Origin: Agarilytica sp.
GTDB taxonomy: Bacteria > Pseudomonadota > Gammaproteobacteria > Pseudomonadales > Cellvibrionaceae
NCBI GenBank assembly: GCA_045430305.1
Contig: JAILXW010000002.1
Coordinates: 387,953-451,952, forward strand
Direction of reading: 5' to 3'
Length of the DNA: 64,000 bases
The translations under genes and the position numbers were made by a program. Positions 1-10,900 of the stretch are shown piece after piece. The notes beneath the pieces are model-generated. The model was not told where the DNA came from. It saw only the letters and a list, made by a program, of their open reading frames with translations, and did no database searches. Numbering within the stretch: position 1 is the first letter of the stretch; every line of letters begins with the position of its first letter.

Positions 1-376
1 CGCGGACTTTTAAGTTTTCCCTTAGTGTTTGAACTTCCATGAGCCAGTATCCATCTGAGCAAAACGCCACTCTGGCGAGTTTTTTCTGAGTGATGGATTG
101 TAGTCTTTTTTCAGCAAGCCGCCTTCGTTTTGTTGTGCTTATTCCGCTTTTTGAGGAAATGATTTTATACGCTGTCCATGAGCCATTTTTAATGCGAACT
201 TCAAAATGCTTTAAGTTTGAGGTGGTTATTTTAGTGCGAAAGACTACGTCGGCTTCCAGCTGAACTTCGCGTTTAGCTTTTGTGCTACAGCCGCTTACAA
301 GAAAAAAGGTCAGTAAGACGATGTGTATGTTTTTGTAGAAACACGCACAGCAAGGGATGTGGCAGGCGTTAATCAC
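1..376 (-). CDS. Partial putative lipoprotein (runs off the left edge; start codon uncertain)
   Basis: Manual translation gives an open minus frame ...YKNIHIVLLTFFLVSG-CSTKAKREVQLEADVVFRTKITTSNLKHFEVRIK...CSDGYWLMEVQTLRENLKVR, with a hydrophobic stretch and a VSG-C lipobox (Cys codon 287-289). The only plausible in-frame start I found is GTG at 376. Confidence 0.45.
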   Translation of the reverse strand, partial: MINACHIPCCACFYKNIHIVLLTFFLVSGCSTKAKREVQLEADVVFRTKITTSNLKHFEVRIKNGSWTAYKIISSKSGISTTKRRRLAEKRLQSITQKKLARVAFCSDGYWLMEVQTLRENLKVR

Positions 377-390
377 AATAGCGCCTGCCA
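360..390. terminator. Inverted repeat downstream of yhbY
   Basis: tggcaggcg (360-368) pairs with cgcctgcca (382-390); no clear U tract. Confidence 0.45.
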
Positions 391-396
391 GATGAT

Positions 397-696
397 TTAA
401 CGTACGTTAGAAGTTTTTAGGTTGGGCTTGTCTGATACGCGATACAAAAGCGCAACTTTGCCAATTTCTTGCACAACCTGCGCCTTAGTGTTTTTACATA
501 GTTCCGCTACTGCTTGCTTGCGTAATTCACGGTCAACGATGGCAACTTTAATTTTAATAAGTTCATGATCGTTGAGGGCGCGATTTACTTCGTTAATCAC
601 TCCGTCGGTTAAACCTTTGCCTGCGACGGTCACCACGGGGTTCAAGTTGTGGCCAATATTTCGGAGGTGTTTTTGCTGTTCTTTGCTTATGGCCAT
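397..696 (-). CDS. yhbY: CRM-domain RNA-binding ribosome assembly protein YhbY
   Basis: HLRNIGHNLNPVVTVAGKGL...HELIKIK...QEIGKVALLYR; divergent from rlmE, the usual context. Confidence 0.93.
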   Translation of the reverse strand: MAISKEQQKHLRNIGHNLNPVVTVAGKGLTDGVINEVNRALNDHELIKIKVAIVDRELRKQAVAELCKNTKAQVVQEIGKVALLYRVSDKPNLKTSNVR

Positions 697-920
697 AAGG
701 GCTTCATTGATCTCTATTAGGGTTATTGCGGGTGGCGATAGTACGAGCGATTGTGCGCTTGTGGTTCGCTCTTAGCACCTGCTGCGGTACTATTGCGCTT
801 GTTTCATGAGCGCATGGAAAGCAGAATTTGCGTGCATTGTACGTATCACTGCGCTATTTGGGAAACCCAAGCTTCGGTATCCATACGCAAATCCGGTAAA
901 TTCACAGTAAATACAAATAT

Positions 921-1541
921 ATGGCACGTTCAAAAACTAGCAAGCGTTGGCTTGATGAGCACTTTAATGATAACTATGTAAAGTCATCGCAAGATGATGG
1001 TTATCGGTCGCGGGCGAGTTACAAGCTGATTGAGCTGGACAAAAAAGACAAATTGTTTCGTCGCGGCATGAAAGTTGTGGATCTTGGCGCTGCGCCCGGC
1101 GGCTGGTCGCAAGTTGCTGCTGAGAAGGTGGGGGACAAGGGTTTGGTGTTGGCGTCAGACATTCTCCCAATGGATGGTATCGCCGGTGTCGAGTTCATTC
1201 AGGGTGATTTTACTGAAGAAGAAATCTTAGAAAAATTGCTTAACGCCCTCGATGGCGTCGAAGCTGATCTTGTAATTTCCGATATGGCACCCAATATGAG
1301 TGGTATAGCGGAAATAGATCAGCCTCAATCGATGTATCTAGTAGAGCTGGCCTTGGATATGGTCGACCAAGTGCTAAAGTCTGGCGGTGATTTCGTCGCT
1401 AAGGTATTCCAAGGGGAAGGTTTTGACGCCTATATGCAGTCATGCCGCCAGCGGTTCAATAAGGTATCGATTCGCAAACCGGATGCCTCGCGGGCGCGAT
1501 CACGCGAAGTGTATATCGTTGCCAAGGGTAAAAAGGCGTGA
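921..1541 (+). CDS. rlmE: 23S rRNA Um2552 methyltransferase RlmE (FtsJ)
   Basis: [39 protein letters not shown]; directly upstream of ftsH. Confidence 0.97.
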   Translation: MARSKTSKRWLDEHFNDNYVKSSQDDGYRSRASYKLIELDKKDKLFRRGMKVVDLGAAPGGWSQVAAEKVGDKGLVLASDILPMDGIAGVEFIQGDFTEEEILEKLLNALDGVEADLVISDMAPNMSGIAEIDQPQSMYLVELALDMVDQVLKSGGDFVAKVFQGEGFDAYMQSCRQRFNKVSIRKPDASRARSREVYIVAKGKKA

Positions 1542-1818
1542 TTTGAATTGTTGAGCGCGCCGAATGCTCATAATGGCGCTAATAGGTCAGTTTTTTCTGA
1601 TCTTGTTCGTACAATGCAACGTAATTGTGTAGAAAGCGTATTAAATCGAGTGTGGGGCTATTAAGCCGTGGGCGATTATTTCCAGAAAATCTGGCCTAGG
1701 CAGAATGCTTAAGCTCGACCAGAACTATAATTAGATGACCAGTAGTTGAATTTTAACCTTTGGCGCAAGGCAATGCGCTGATGTGATTTACTTTTTAGGA
1801 GTACCGCCCTTGAATGAT

Positions 1819-3708
1819 ATGGCAAAAAATTTAGTCCTTTGGTTAGTGATCGCGGTTGTCTTGTTCTCCGTGTTCCAAAACTTCAGTGATACTGGCCCAC
1901 GCGATGAAGTGACTTACACCGAGTTTGTGCAAGATGTGCAAGATGGTCGTGTAAAAGATGTCGTTATCGATAACGCCTATATTCGCGGTGTACGCCACGA
2001 TGGCCGTTCTTTTACAGTGGTTCGCCCGGACGTATACGACTTCAAACTCATCGATGAGCTGATTGATAACAATGTTAATACAGTGGGTGCTAAGCCAGAG
2101 CAAACGAGCTTGTGGCAGCAGTTGCTTGTGGCAAGCTTCCCAATTCTTTTATTCATCGCGGTATTCATCTTCTTTATGCGCCAAATGCAAGGTGGTGCAG
2201 GAGGCCGTGGCGGCCCCATGAGCTTTGCTAAAAGTAAGGCGAAATTACTGGGTGAAGATCAAGTAAAAACCACTTTCTCCGATGTCGCTGGCGTAGATGA
2301 AGCCAAAGAAGAAGTTCAGGAGCTAGTAGAGTATCTACGTGACCCGAGTAAGTTCCAACGTTTAGGCGGCCAAATTCCTCGCGGTGTATTGATGCAGGGG
2401 CCTCCAGGTACGGGTAAAACCCTACTAGCTAAAGCGATTGCCGGTGAGGCAAAAGTGCCATTCTTCTCGATTTCAGGCTCTGACTTCGTTGAAATGTTTG
2501 TGGGCGTAGGTGCAAGCCGTGTGCGCGACATGTTTGAGCAGGCTAAGAAGCAAGCACCTTGTATTATCTTTATTGATGAAATTGATGCTGTTGGTCGACA
2601 CCGTGGCGGCGGTCATGGTGGTGGTCACGACGAGCGTGAGCAAACTTTGAACCAGCTGCTGGTAGAAATGGACGGTTTTGAAGGTAACGAGGGCGTGATT
2701 GTAATTGCCGCTACCAACCGTTCCGACGTGCTTGATAAGGCGCTTCTTCGCCCCGGACGTTTCGATCGCCAAGTATTTGTAGGTTTGCCAGATATTCGTG
2801 GCCGTGAACAAATTCTTAAAGTGCATATGCGCAAAGTGCCACTGGATGAAAACATAGACCCACGCATTATTGCGCGTGGTACGCCGGGCTTTTCTGGTGC
2901 GGATTTGGCGAATCTTGTGAACGAGGCTGCTTTACTTGCGGCGCGAGCAAACAAGCGCTTGGTAACGCCAGAAGAATTTGAAAAGGCGCGCGATAAGATC
3001 CTCATGGGTACCGAGCGTCGTACGCTAGTCATGAGTGAAAAAGAAAAAGAGAGCACGGCTTATCATGAAGCGGGTCATGCGATTGTGGGTTACCTCTCGG
3101 AAGAGCACGACCCAATCCATAAGGTCACGATTATTCCTCGTGGTCGCGCGCTGGGTGTAACGCAGTTTTTACCCGAAGCCGACAAAATAAGTGAAAGTAA
3201 GCGCAAAATATTAGGCGATATTGCCACTGCCTACGGTGGTCGTATTGCCGAGTTTATGAAATACGGTGCTGACGGTGTTAGTACGGGTGCCTCACAAGAC
3301 ATCAAAATGGCGACTCATTTCGCGCGTGCGATGGTGGTGAATTACGGTCTCTCAGATGCTTTGGGTCCTTTGGACTACGATTCGCGCGATAGCGATGGCA
3401 TTGGTTCTCGTCATATTTCCCCGCATACGGCGAAACTGATCGATGAAGAAGTAAAGAGTATCACCGATGAGTGTTACGACCGAGCTGAGAAACTTCTCGA
3501 TGAAAACGCTGACATTTTAGAATCAATGAAAGAAGCCTTGATGGAGTTCGAAACCATTGATTCAGAGCAAGTAGAAGACTTAATGCAGCGCCGCAAAATG
3601 CGTCCACCAAAAGACTGGAATAATGATGGTGGTGTGGGTGCTAAAGAAGACCGCGAAGAAAAGCCTGCTGGAGACTCCACAGTAGGTGGCCCAGCCAGCG
3701 AACATTAA
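1819..3708 (+). CDS. ftsH: ATP-dependent zinc metalloprotease FtsH (start likely ATG 1819 or TTG 1810)
   Basis: Two TM segments, Walker A GPPGTGKT, Walker B IFIDEID, second region of homology RPGRFDR, zinc motif HEAGH. Confidence 0.98.
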   Translation: MAKNLVLWLVIAVVLFSVFQNFSDTGPRDEVTYTEFVQDVQDGRVKDVVIDNAYIRGVRHDGRSFTVVRPDVYDFKLIDELIDNNVNTVGAKPEQTSLWQQLLVASFPILLFIAVFIFFMRQMQGGAGGRGGPMSFAKSKAKLLGEDQVKTTFSDVAGVDEAKEEVQELVEYLRDPSKFQRLGGQIPRGVLMQGPPGTGKTLLAKAIAGEAKVPFFSISGSDFVEMFVGVGASRVRDMFEQAKKQAPCIIFIDEIDAVGRHRGGGHGGGHDEREQTLNQLLVEMDGFEGNEGVIVIAATNRSDVLDKALLRPGRFDRQVFVGLPDIRGREQILKVHMRKVPLDENIDPRIIARGTPGFSGADLANLVNEAALLAARANKRLVTPEEFEKARDKILMGTERRTLVMSEKEKESTAYHEAGHAIVGYLSEEHDPIHKVTIIPRGRALGVTQFLPEADKISESKRKILGDIATAYGGRIAEFMKYGADGVSTGASQDIKMATHFARAMVVNYGLSDALGPLDYDSRDSDGIGSRHISPHTAKLIDEEVKSITDECYDRAEKLLDENADILESMKEALMEFETIDSEQVEDLMQRRKMRPPKDWNNDGGVGAKEDREEKPAGDSTVGGPASEH

Positions 3709-3725
3709 TTCGAAATACATCTAGA

Positions 3726-3755
3726 AAAAGGCTGTCTGAAAAGGCGGCCTTTTTT
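3726..3755 (+). terminator. Intrinsic terminator after ftsH
   Basis: aaaaggctgtc...ggcggcctttttt stem with wobble pairs and U tract. Confidence 0.7.
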
Positions 3756-3787
3756 GTTTTTCTGCAAGACACTTTAAATACTTTTCT

Positions 3788-4615
3788 ATGCCATTCGCTC
3801 CGCGCAACCTCGATTTATCTCAAGCCCAAGTCATGGGGATTCTCAACGTCACGCCAGACTCATTCTTTGACGGTGGCCGTTATATTCCCCAAGGTAAGAA
3901 TGTCGATAGCGCTTTGAATCAAGCAGAAAAAATGTGTACAGAAGGCGCCAGTATTATAGATGTTGGTGGCGAGTCTACTCGCCCGGGTGCTGCCGCGGTG
4001 TCTCAGCAAGAAGAAATGGATCGTGTTTTACCTGTCGTCGAAGCGATTGCGAGGTCGCTTGATGTCGTGATTTCGGTCGATACGTCAACACCGGCATTGA
4101 TGCGTGAAGCCGCTATGATTGGAGCTGGTTTTATCAATGATGTAAGGGCTTTGCAGCGCGAGGGGGCTGCCGAAACTGCTGCCGAAACGGGTTTGCCTGT
4201 ATGTTTAATGCATATGCAAGGTCAGCCGTGTTCGATGCAAACAAAACCAAATTACAGCGATCTTATTGGTGAAGTACGAGATTTTTTTGCAGAAAGAATC
4301 GCTGCGTGCGAAACAGCAGGAATTCCGGCTTCACGAATCGTACTTGATCCAGGTTTTGGTTTTGGCAAAAGCGACGCGCATAACCTGACGCTTTTAAAAC
4401 ATATGCGAGAATTACACCCTGACCTGCCTTTGCTGGCGGGGCTAAGTCGCAAATCTATCATTGGACGCTTATTAAATCGCAATGAAGATGAACGCTTAGC
4501 AGGAAGTCTTGCCCTAGCGCAATACGCTTTACAATATGGAGCCGTTATACTGCGTGTGCATGATGTGGCAGAGACTGTCGATATCGTAAAGCTTTATCAT
4601 GAGATTCAAAAGTAA
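3788..4615 (+). CDS. folP: Dihydropteroate synthase
   Basis: MGILNVTPDSFFDGG, GGESTRPGA, LDPGFGFGK, SRKS, LRVHDV. Confidence 0.97.
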   Translation: MPFAPRNLDLSQAQVMGILNVTPDSFFDGGRYIPQGKNVDSALNQAEKMCTEGASIIDVGGESTRPGAAAVSQQEEMDRVLPVVEAIARSLDVVISVDTSTPALMREAAMIGAGFINDVRALQREGAAETAAETGLPVCLMHMQGQPCSMQTKPNYSDLIGEVRDFFAERIAACETAGIPASRIVLDPGFGFGKSDAHNLTLLKHMRELHPDLPLLAGLSRKSIIGRLLNRNEDERLAGSLALAQYALQYGAVILRVHDVAETVDIVKLYHEIQK

Positions 4616-4694
4616 CGATAAAGCGGTAAAGAATAAGACTAAAACCGTAAAGCCACAGGCAATAAAAAATAAAAATTTTAAAGGTAGTGAATGA

Positions 4695-6035
4695 ATGACG
4701 CGTAAGTATTTCGGCACAGATGGTATTCGCGGAAAAGTGGGTGAAGGAGTGATCACACCGCAGTTCTTTTTGCAGTTTGGTTGGGCGCTGGGTCAAGTAC
4801 TAGAAAGGCGCAGTCAAAGCTCAGAGCCTTGCAAAGTTCTTATCGGTAAAGACACGCGTATTTCGGGTTATATGTTCGAATCTGCGCTCGAGGCTGGTTT
4901 AATCGCCGCCGGGGTAGACGTGCTCTTGCTGGGCCCAATGCCAACCCCTGCGGTGGCGTATTTAACGCGTACATTTCAAGCGTGCGCCGGTATCGTTATC
5001 AGTGCCTCCCATAACCCGTTTACAGACAACGGCATCAAACTTTTTGATGGCGATGGGACTAAGCTTGCGGATGATCTGGAGCTAGAAATCGAAGCGCAGC
5101 TCGATCAGCCTATTATCATGACGGAAAACCTAGGGCGTGCAGAGCGTGTCGACGACGCCACTGGCCGTTATATCGAGTTTTGTAAAGGCACCATGCCTTG
5201 GAACTTTACTCTTAAAGGCCTCAATATTGTATTAGATTGCGCAAATGGCGCTACTTACCATTTGGCACCAAAAGTATTTGCAGAACTGGGGGCGAATGTT
5301 TCCAACATAGGCATCACTCCTGATGGTCACAATATTAATCTTGATTGTGGCGCGACCAAGCTTAAAGAGTTGCAGAAGAATGTGCTCGAAACGCACGCTG
5401 ATCTAGGCATTGCTTTCGATGGTGACGGTGATCGTGTCATGTTTGTTGATCACAACGGTGAGGTGGTCGATGGCGATCAGTTACTGTTCATTATCGCTAG
5501 CCATCGAAAAAAAGAAAAAGGCTGTGCCGGTGTGGTTGGAACGTTAATGACCAATTACGGGTTTGAACTTGGCATGAAGGCGCTCGATATTCCCTTTCAG
5601 CGGGCAAAAGTGGGTGACCGCTATGTTATTGAAGCCATGAAGAGCAACGCGTGGCCGGTTGGGGGTGAATCTTCTGGCCATATAGTGTGTAGTGATGTGA
5701 CGACTACAGGTGACGGCATTATTTCTGCCTTGCAGGTGCTTAAGGCACTTGTGGCTGAAGAAAAGCCACTGCACGACCTCAAGCGCAATATGCAAATACT
5801 GCCACAGGTGATGATTAACGTGCCTATCGCCAATCGTATTGATTTAGATGCTTGTGAGGCGGTCCAGTCGGCTCTGAAAGACGCCGACAAACAGCTCAAC
5901 GGCAGTGGTCGCGTGCTACTTCGCCCCTCAGGTACTGAGCCGGTGATTCGGGTGATGGTCGAGGGGCAGCAGCACGATCTTGTTTCACGCCTTGCAGAGG
6001 CGCTAGCGAGCGTGGTTGGCGAGGCGGTGGCCTGA
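4695..6035 (+). CDS. glmM: Phosphoglucosamine mutase
   Basis: [16 protein letters not shown] phosphoserine loop, [22 protein letters not shown]. Confidence 0.97.
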   Translation: MTRKYFGTDGIRGKVGEGVITPQFFLQFGWALGQVLERRSQSSEPCKVLIGKDTRISGYMFESALEAGLIAAGVDVLLLGPMPTPAVAYLTRTFQACAGIVISASHNPFTDNGIKLFDGDGTKLADDLELEIEAQLDQPIIMTENLGRAERVDDATGRYIEFCKGTMPWNFTLKGLNIVLDCANGATYHLAPKVFAELGANVSNIGITPDGHNINLDCGATKLKELQKNVLETHADLGIAFDGDGDRVMFVDHNGEVVDGDQLLFIIASHRKKEKGCAGVVGTLMTNYGFELGMKALDIPFQRAKVGDRYVIEAMKSNAWPVGGESSGHIVCSDVTTTGDGIISALQVLKALVAEEKPLHDLKRNMQILPQVMINVPIANRIDLDACEAVQSALKDADKQLNGSGRVLLRPSGTEPVIRVMVEGQQHDLVSRLAEALASVVGEAVA

Positions 6036-6070
6036 TCGGCCTTGGGGGGAGAATAAAGCCTGCTAAGTTG

Positions 6071-6099
6071 TTGTATCCACACCGTTTCTCCTATACCAT
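6071..6099 (+). promoter_or_regulatory. Putative sigma70 promoter for tpiA-secG
   Basis: TTGTAT-17 bp-TACCAT followed by GC-rich ttgcgcccg. Confidence 0.5.
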
Positions 6100-6209
6100 T
6101 TGCGCCCGTTTTGCCTGGGGTAGGGCAAGCTGCGTCCTGCTCAAACCCACATAGTGGTTGGTGTCGTGGCAACAGGCGGTATGTAATTAATCGAGAGTAA
6201 GGCGGTGAG

Positions 6210-6950
6210 ATGAGACGACCCATTGTCATTGGTAACTGGAAAATGAACGGCGGTAGCGCCTTCACGAAAGACCTGCTGAAAGATATCTCAGCCCAATGGA
6301 GTGGCGCACATCAATGTGAAGCCGCTGTATGTCCGCCATACCCTTATTTGCAGGCATCTTCAGATGTTTTGCAAGGTACTAACGTTCTGTGGGGCGCGCA
6401 AGATCTTAGCATTCATGCGAACGGTGCTTATACAGGTGAAGTTGCGGCAGATATGCTCACTGATTTTGGCTGCAAGTTAGTGCTCGTTGGGCACTCAGAG
6501 CGTCGTGAGTATCATGCAGAAAGCTCAGAGCTTGTGGCGAAGAAATTTAAGGTGGCGGTTGAAGCCGGCTTAACGCCCGTTTTGTGCGTCGGCGAAAGCT
6601 TAGAAGAACGCGAGGCTGAAAATACCTTTGATGTGATCGGTAAGCAAATTATGGCCGTGATCGACCACTGCGGTTTAGACCTCGTAGCTAAAGGCATCAT
6701 TGCTTACGAACCGATTTGGGCAATTGGTACCGGAAAGTCAGCCACACCGCAAATGGCGCAAGATGTTCACGCGCATATTCGCGAAGTGCTTGGGGCCAAG
6801 GGTGATCAGATTCGTATACTTTACGGCGGTAGCGTAAAGCCAGAAACAGCCGAAGGCTTGTTTTCACAAAAAGACATTGATGGCGCGCTGGTTGGCGGGG
6901 CATCTTTAAAAGCGGACGATTTTGTTGCCATTTGTAGGGCGGCAGAATAA
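6210..6950 (+). CDS. tpiA: Triosephosphate isomerase
   Basis: GNWKMNG, GHSERR, AYEPIWAIGTG, LYGGSVK, GALVGGASL. Confidence 0.98.
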   Translation: MRRPIVIGNWKMNGGSAFTKDLLKDISAQWSGAHQCEAAVCPPYPYLQASSDVLQGTNVLWGAQDLSIHANGAYTGEVAADMLTDFGCKLVLVGHSERREYHAESSELVAKKFKVAVEAGLTPVLCVGESLEEREAENTFDVIGKQIMAVIDHCGLDLVAKGIIAYEPIWAIGTGKSATPQMAQDVHAHIREVLGAKGDQIRILYGGSVKPETAEGLFSQKDIDGALVGGASLKADDFVAICRAAE

Positions 6951-7003
6951 TAAGCACGAAAGAGAATTTACATAAGCGTAAATAGCTTAAAAAGAGAAGA
7001 GTA

Positions 7004-7420
7004 ATGGAAAATTTAATCATCCTATTTCACGTGTTAACAGCATTGGCTATTGTTGGTTTGATCATGCTACAGCAAGGTAAAGGTGCCGAAATGGGAGCGT
7101 CTTTTGGCGGCGGTGCTTCGCAAACGTTATTCGGTTCAGGCGGCTCTGGGAACTTTTTCGCGAAAATGACAGCGCTTGCAGCTGTTGTGTTTTTCGTTAC
7201 TAGCTTCAGCTTAGCTGTCATTGCAAAACAAAATGCTGGTATTGGTGATGACGAAGTTCCTGTTGTTGAAGAAGTACCTGTAGAAATAGAAAACACTGAC
7301 GACATTCCTGAAATTGAAGATACCGCAGCGGCTGATGACATGCCTGAATTGGTTGAAGAGGCTGTTGAGGGTTTGAAGGCAGACCTTGAAGAGGCTGCAG
7401 CAGAAATTCCAGAAGAATAA
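7004..7420 (+). CDS. secG: Preprotein translocase subunit SecG
   Basis: LQQGKGAEMGASFGGGASQTLFGS, two TM helices, acidic tail; follows tpiA. Confidence 0.96.
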   Translation: MENLIILFHVLTALAIVGLIMLQQGKGAEMGASFGGGASQTLFGSGGSGNFFAKMTALAAVVFFVTSFSLAVIAKQNAGIGDDEVPVVEEVPVEIENTDDIPEIEDTAAADDMPELVEEAVEGLKADLEEAAAEIPEE

Positions 7421-7438
7421 GTTTTAAAACCCCGAATT

Positions 7439-7523
7439 GCCCAAGTGGTGGAATTGGTAGACACGCTATCTTGAGGGGGTAGTGGCGCAAGCCGTGCCGG
7501 TTCAAGTCCGGCCTTGGGCACCA
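7439..7523 (+). tRNA. tRNA-Leu (GAG)
   Basis: gcccaag acceptor strand, GGTGGAATTGGTAGAC D arm, ctatc-TTGAGGG-ggtag anticodon arm, long variable arm, GGTTCAAGTCC T loop, encoded CCA. Confidence 0.97.
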
Positions 7524-7529
7524 AACAGA

Positions 7530-7559
7530 AAAAGGCCAGGTAGAGATACCTGGCCTTTT
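7530..7559 (+). terminator. Terminator after tRNA-Leu
   Basis: Perfect stem aaaaggccaggta / tacctggcctttt with loop gaga. Confidence 0.85.
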
Positions 7560-7693
7560 CTATTTTTGAGCATGAATAAGCGCGCCACGAATTAGTAAGT
7601 TCGTCATGTTACTCGGGCATCCTGCGCTTGGTCCGCTCGCCCAATTAAGAGGTCGTCAAAACTTTCTGCAGGTAAGGTTTTGACTGTAAACTG

Positions 7694-7723
7694 AAAAAGG
7701 CTCTCCTATGGAGGGCCTTTTTT
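7694..7723. terminator. Orphan bidirectional intrinsic terminator
   Basis: aaaaaggctctcc-tat-ggagggcctttttt; no annotated gene ends here. Confidence 0.7.
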
Positions 7724-7967
7724 CGTATGGCTTTTAGACTTCTCAGTTGTCTGTATATTCGGTATTCCCTTTAAGTTGAATGTCATTGTGCGTTGTTAAA
7801 GTAATCGCCGCTTTGCTGGGTCAAAAGATGCAGCTAAGAGAATCATTGTGCTAACCGAATAATATGGGGCGTAAAAAAGTATAGGTGTCACAAGACGCCT
7901 CTTGTTAGATAAAAACCTTTTGGTCAGGCCCGCGTCAGAGGGCTCATAGGCGTGCCACAAGTTCTTT

Positions 7968-10900
7968 GTGTATACTGAATCCACAATCATTAAAATACAA
8001 ATAACCCTATTGGCAAGGGTGTCAGGGCTGCTGATGTCATTTCTGTTTAAGTGTTTTTTCACGCTTTGCCTTTCTTATAGCGTAGCGGTGTCTGCCAACA
8101 ATCATATTTCTGGCGGAGAAGGCTTTAGCTTTACGCAAGAAGAGATGGCGTGGCTAAAGCAGCATAAACAGATTCGCGTTGCCTTTGATGGTTATTTTCC
8201 ACCGTACAGCTTCCTTAATGAGAATGGTGAAGTAGAAGGCTTTGCAGCCGATATTTTTAAACTGATGGAGGTGCGCCTCGGTATTCAAGTGGATGTTCAC
8301 GCTCAATATCATTGGAATGCAATCTATAAGTCTGCACAAGAAAAGAAAGTTGATGTAGTAGCTTCAATGGTTCAGCGGCCAGAAAGGGCAGAATGGTTTT
8401 TGTTCAGTGAACCATATATTCATAAATCTCTGGTGGTTATTGCGAGAGAGGATGATGAGCGATTTAACGTCCGAAATGATATTCAAAATAAAAGCATCGC
8501 ACTGGTTCGCGGGTACCAATACGTAGAGAAAATACTCGACGAGTTTCCATCGTTGCAGCCGGTGTATGTTGACACGATGATCGATGCGCTAAATGCGGTA
8601 TCGGTAGGGAGTGTTGATGCGGCCATTTCGTTTCTTGGTGCCGGGCATTATTATCGAAATAAATACCTTTTATCAAATTTAAAATACGCAGCAATATTCG
8701 ATAAGAAAAGCGCAAATGAAAGCATTGCTATCAGAAAAGATTGGCCTGAGTTTGCCTCGATTCTAAATAAATTTGTTAAGAATATACCAGAAAGAAAGTT
8801 GCAAGAAATGCGTGATCGTTGGTTGCCGGTCGAGTACATGGAGAACTTGGTTGATGTGCATCTTACCGAAGAAGAATTGGCGTGGATAAATGCACACCCA
8901 AAAATACGATTGGGGGTTGACCCGGAGTTTGCGCCGTTTGAATTTATAGAAAACGGTAAGTACCTTGGCATGGTGTCTGACTATATCAAGATCTTAAGTT
9001 TGCGACTTAATATAAATATGGAGGTCGTTCCCAATTTGACATGGGATGAGGCTGTTAACAAGGTAAAGAAAAAAGAGCTAGATGTTCTACCCGCTGTAGG
9101 TAAAACAGAGCAACGTGAAAAGTTTTTGGGTTTTACGCAACCGTATTTAAACTTTCACCGGGTTATTGTGTCGCGGTTAGATTCGCCATTTATCTCTGGT
9201 TTGAATGACTTAGATGGTATGTCTGTAGCGGTTCAAAATAGAACCTCCCATCATGGGTTTGTCGAAGAGAATACAGCTTTATCGCCCGCTTTATATAATA
9301 GTTTACAAGAAACGCTATTGGCGGTTTCTGGTGGAGAGGCTGATGCGATGATTGGTAACGTCGCTTCCGCTACATATTGGATTAGAAAACTAAATCTTTC
9401 GAATTTGAAAATAGCGGCGCCTGTTTCTATGGATGTACAGAGTTTGCATTTTTCTGTTCGGAAAGACTGGCCGCAGTTGGTTTCTATCCTTGAAAAAGGG
9501 TTGCAGACGTTTACACCTCGTCAACATAAGCGAATATCAGAAAAGTGGCTGACGGTTGAATACAACCCGGAAGTTAATTTTGGTTATGTATGGAAATTGC
9601 TGGTAGCCGCCGGTGTAGCGCTAGTGTTGTTTGCGCTCTGGAATATTATGTTGAATCGAAAAGTTAGATTGCGAACAAGTCAGCTATCGTATTCGGCGAA
9701 TTATGATCGAACGACAGACCTGCCTAATCGATTTTTAATGCTTGATAGGCTGTCTCAATCCATCGCAGAAGCCAAAATAAAGAAAGAAAAGTTGGCGGTT
9801 TTGTCTGTTGATTTGAATGAGTTCAAAAAAATCAACGACAATTTTGGGCATCACGCAGGTGACCGACTTTTGAAAGATGTTGCGTTTCGACTAAAAGGGA
9901 GCTTTCCCAACGAAACGACCGTGGGTCGAATGGGGGGGGACCAGTTTCTTATTATTGTCTCACATGTAGAAGACGCGGCAGATATGGCTGTGTTGGCAGA
10001 AAATATACTCGCTGAGCTGCAAGGGAAGTTTGTCATAGGCGGTGAAGAGCTTGTTCTGACCTCGAGTCTAGGCATTTCGATGTACCCTGGGGATGGTGAA
10101 GATGCCGAGACCTTATTGCAAAATGCAGATTCAGCAGTACATTTTTCTAAAGCAAATAAAAGAGGCGGCTATGCCTTTTATACGAAGGATTTAATCGAGC
10201 TTGTGTCGCGCCGCGTACAGCTAGAACAATGTATGCTTGGGGCGCTAGAGCGAGGCGAGTTTGAGGTTTTTTATCAGCCGAAAGTCGATACAAACTCAAG
10301 AAAGATTGTGAGTTTTGAAGCGCTGTTACGTTGGTTTAGCCGTGACTTAGGCGAGGTCTCGCCTGTTGAGTTTATTCCCATTGCTGAAAAGAATGGCATG
10401 ATTGAGCCGATAGGCGAGTTTGTACTAGATGACGCCTTAAAGAGGCTGAAGGATTGGACAAGCGCCTACGACCCAAATTTTACTGTTGCAGTGAATTTAT
10501 CGCCAATTCAATTCTACTCTCAAAATTTGGTGATAAAGATAGAGAAATTTCTTGCACAAAGTTCTTTGTCTAGCAGAGCTCTAGAGTTAGAAATTACCGA
10601 AGGCGTTTTGCTAACCGGGTCGAAAGAAGTTGAGAAAACGTTAAAAAAATTGGAAAGCTTGAATGTGACGCTAACCATGGATGATTTTGGAACAGGTTAT
10701 TCCTCCATGAGTTATCTTCGTAAATTCAATTTTGATACGATTAAAATTGACCGGGAATTTATTATGGATCTTCCGGGTGACTATTCAGATAAACAGCTCG
10801 TGTCAGCGACAGTTGCCATGGCGCATGGTTTGGGTATGAATGTTATTGCAGAAGGCGTTGAAACTGAAGATCAGTACGCATTTCTTTTGGGGCTTGAGTG

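Noticed and set aside
858-892. GGGAAACC...ACGCAAA, reminiscent of a c-di-GMP-I riboswitch upstream of rlmE
   Set aside because: The segment before ACGCAAA is ccat, so the required CC/GG stem cannot close, and the downstream stem is missing.
7027-7524. 165-aa and 95-aa minus-strand ORFs in the track
   Set aside because: They are antisense to secG and tRNA-Leu; shadow frames.
7606-7683. 25-aa ORF MLLGHPALGPLAQLRGRQNFLQVRF inside the hairpin cluster
   Set aside because: No convincing RBS or recognisable features; an RNA explanation fits better, though a leader peptide is not excluded.
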